Source: an uncultured Hellea sp.
Lineage (GTDB): Bacteria > Pseudomonadota > Alphaproteobacteria > Caulobacterales > Maricaulaceae
DNA: 39,895 nt
Direction: 5' to 3'
NCBI GenBank assembly: GCA_964418815.1
Contig: CAYQNQ010000003.1
Location: 5,528 to 45,422, forward strand
This document shows positions 38,963 to 39,895 of the stretch, piece after piece; position 1 is the stretch's first letter, and every line of letters starts with the position of its first letter. Under the pieces are notes generated by a model. That model was not told where the DNA came from and searched no databases. It saw only the letters and a program-made list of their open reading frames with translations. A program made the translations under genes and the position numbers.

Positions 38963-39895
38963 TTAACCGTCCGCTTCCATAGCGGCCAGTCGGGCCGCCT
39001 GGTCTTCGGCGATCAGGGCGTCAATCACGTCGGAGAGTTCATCGCCGGCCACGATTTTATCGAGCTTGTATAGCGTTAGATTAATGCGGTGGTCCGTCAC
39101 CCGGCCTTGAGGGTAATTATAAGTGCGAATGCGTTCTGAGCGATCGCCGGAGCCGACCTGTCCTTTGCGCTCGTCGGCGCGCTCCGCGTCAAGGCGCTGC
39201 TTTTCCATATCGTAGAGGCGCATTTTAAGTAGGCGCTCGGCATTGGCCCGGTTCATGTGCTGGGATTTGGCATCGCAGACGACAACTACGCCTGTCGGGA
39301 TATGGGTCATGCGCACGGCCGAGTCGGTTTTGTTGACGTGCTGTCCGCCCGCGCCAGACGCCCGCATCGTGTCGACCCGGACATCGCCCATGGAAAATCC
39401 GATATCTATATCTTCAGGTTCGGGCAGGACGGCGACCGTGGCGGCGGAGGTATGAATGCGGCCCTGGGTTTCAGTCACGGGGACGCGCTGGACCCGGTGA
39501 ACACCGGATTCAAACTTCATCATGCCATAAACACCGGCGCCGGAGATGGAGGCGACAATCTCTTTAAAGCCGCCCATTTCGGCCTCGGATTCAGACTCGA
39601 TCTCGACCTTCCATTTATTGAGCTGCGCATAGCGGGCATACATGCGGTACAAATCGCCGGCAAAAATCGCGGCTTCGTCGCCGCCGGTCCCCGCGCGGAT
39701 TTCAAGCACGATAGAGGCATTGTCATCTTTGTCTTTGGGGAGCAGGAGGACTGAGACTTCATGTTCCAGTTCCGGGAGCTTTTCTTTAAGAGCCTGTAGT
39801 TCTTCTTTGGCCATAGGGCCCATTTCCGGGTCATCGAGCATAACGGTCAGATCTTCCATCTCGGCCCGGACGGATTGCAGCTTGCGCACGCCTTC
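38963..39895 (-). CDS. prfA: Peptide chain release factor 1 (5' end lies beyond the window edge)
   Basis: It has the GGQ motif ([23 protein letters not shown]), an RF1-type PxT tripeptide region ([20 protein letters not shown]), and [14 protein letters not shown]. The frame stays open to position 39895. Confidence 0.9.
   Translation of the reverse strand, partial: EGVRKLQSVRAEMEDLTVMLDDPEMGPMAKEELQALKEKLPELEHEVSVLLLPKDKDDNASIVLEIRAGTGGDEAAIFAGDLYRMYARYAQLNKWKVEIESESEAEMGGFKEIVASISGAGVYGMMKFESGVHRVQRVPVTETQGRIHTSAATVAVLPEPEDIDIGFSMGDVRVDTMRASGAGGQHVNKTDSAVRMTHIPTGVVVVCDAKSQHMNRANAERLLKMRLYDMEKQRLDAERADERKGQVGSGDRSERIRTYNYPQGRVTDHRINLTLYKLDKIVAGDELSDVIDALIAEDQAARLAAMEADG

Noticed and set aside
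1-39895. Searched by eye for CRISPR repeats, tRNA/rRNA genes, IS elements, integrases, toxin-antitoxin pairs and defence-island genes
   Set aside because: I found no regularly spaced 25-40-bp repeats, no T-loop/acceptor signatures, and no transposase, integrase or nuclease-type ORFs. The window looks like core or accessory chromosome, not a mobile or defence island. A cmscan/tRNAscan run would be needed to be definitive for small RNAs.

Overview
Gene-dense chromosomal segment with about 30 protein-coding genes. It is probably from a marine alphaproteobacterium; this is an inference from the long alpha-type HisS, the abundance of TonB-dependent receptors and alpha-style TolC/T1SS proteins, not a database result. 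I found no rRNA, tRNA, CRISPR array, transposase, integrase or prophage signature.

Layout, left to right:
(1) 1-1872: a CDS tail, a glutathione S-transferase and a membrane fatty-acid-desaturase-family enzyme.
(2) 1873-10964: an uptake/oxidation locus. It has two divergent TonB-dependent receptors, a membrane-anchored hypothetical, a KshA-like Rieske oxygenase and an SDR. Two of its promoter regions share a 30-bp 7-N16-7 palindrome.
(3) 11680-21098: a translationally coupled type I secretion operon (ABC, HlyD-type adaptor, TolC) with no visible substrate gene. An RND adaptor+pump pair with no outer-membrane factor of its own follows directly.
(4) 21101-25934, minus strand: the most interesting block. 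It is a tightly packed four-gene operon: Hpt-REC-REC phosphorelay protein, TPR + YaiO-like outer-membrane barrel, membrane-anchored HEAT-repeat protein, and a processive PgaC/NodC-like family-2 glycosyltransferase. I read it as an uncharacterised synthase-dependent exopolysaccharide secretion module.
(5) 26102-35956: mostly housekeeping genes (hisS, MBL hydrolase, methyltransferase, pterin-4a-carbinolamine dehydratase, VanZ-like, GNAT, alanine/glycine:cation symporter, aromatic/aspartate aminotransferase, M48 protease). It also contains an odd secreted repeat protein.
(6) 36360-38939: an 859-aa chimeric membrane protein with four YegP/DUF1508-like repeats, a histone-H1/AlgP-like Lys-Ala-Pro tract, one TM helix, a TonB-like Pro/Glu spacer and an orphan C-terminal domain.
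(7) 38963-39895: the 3' part of prfA.

All functional calls rest on motifs read by eye from the ORF translations. No similarity search was run.
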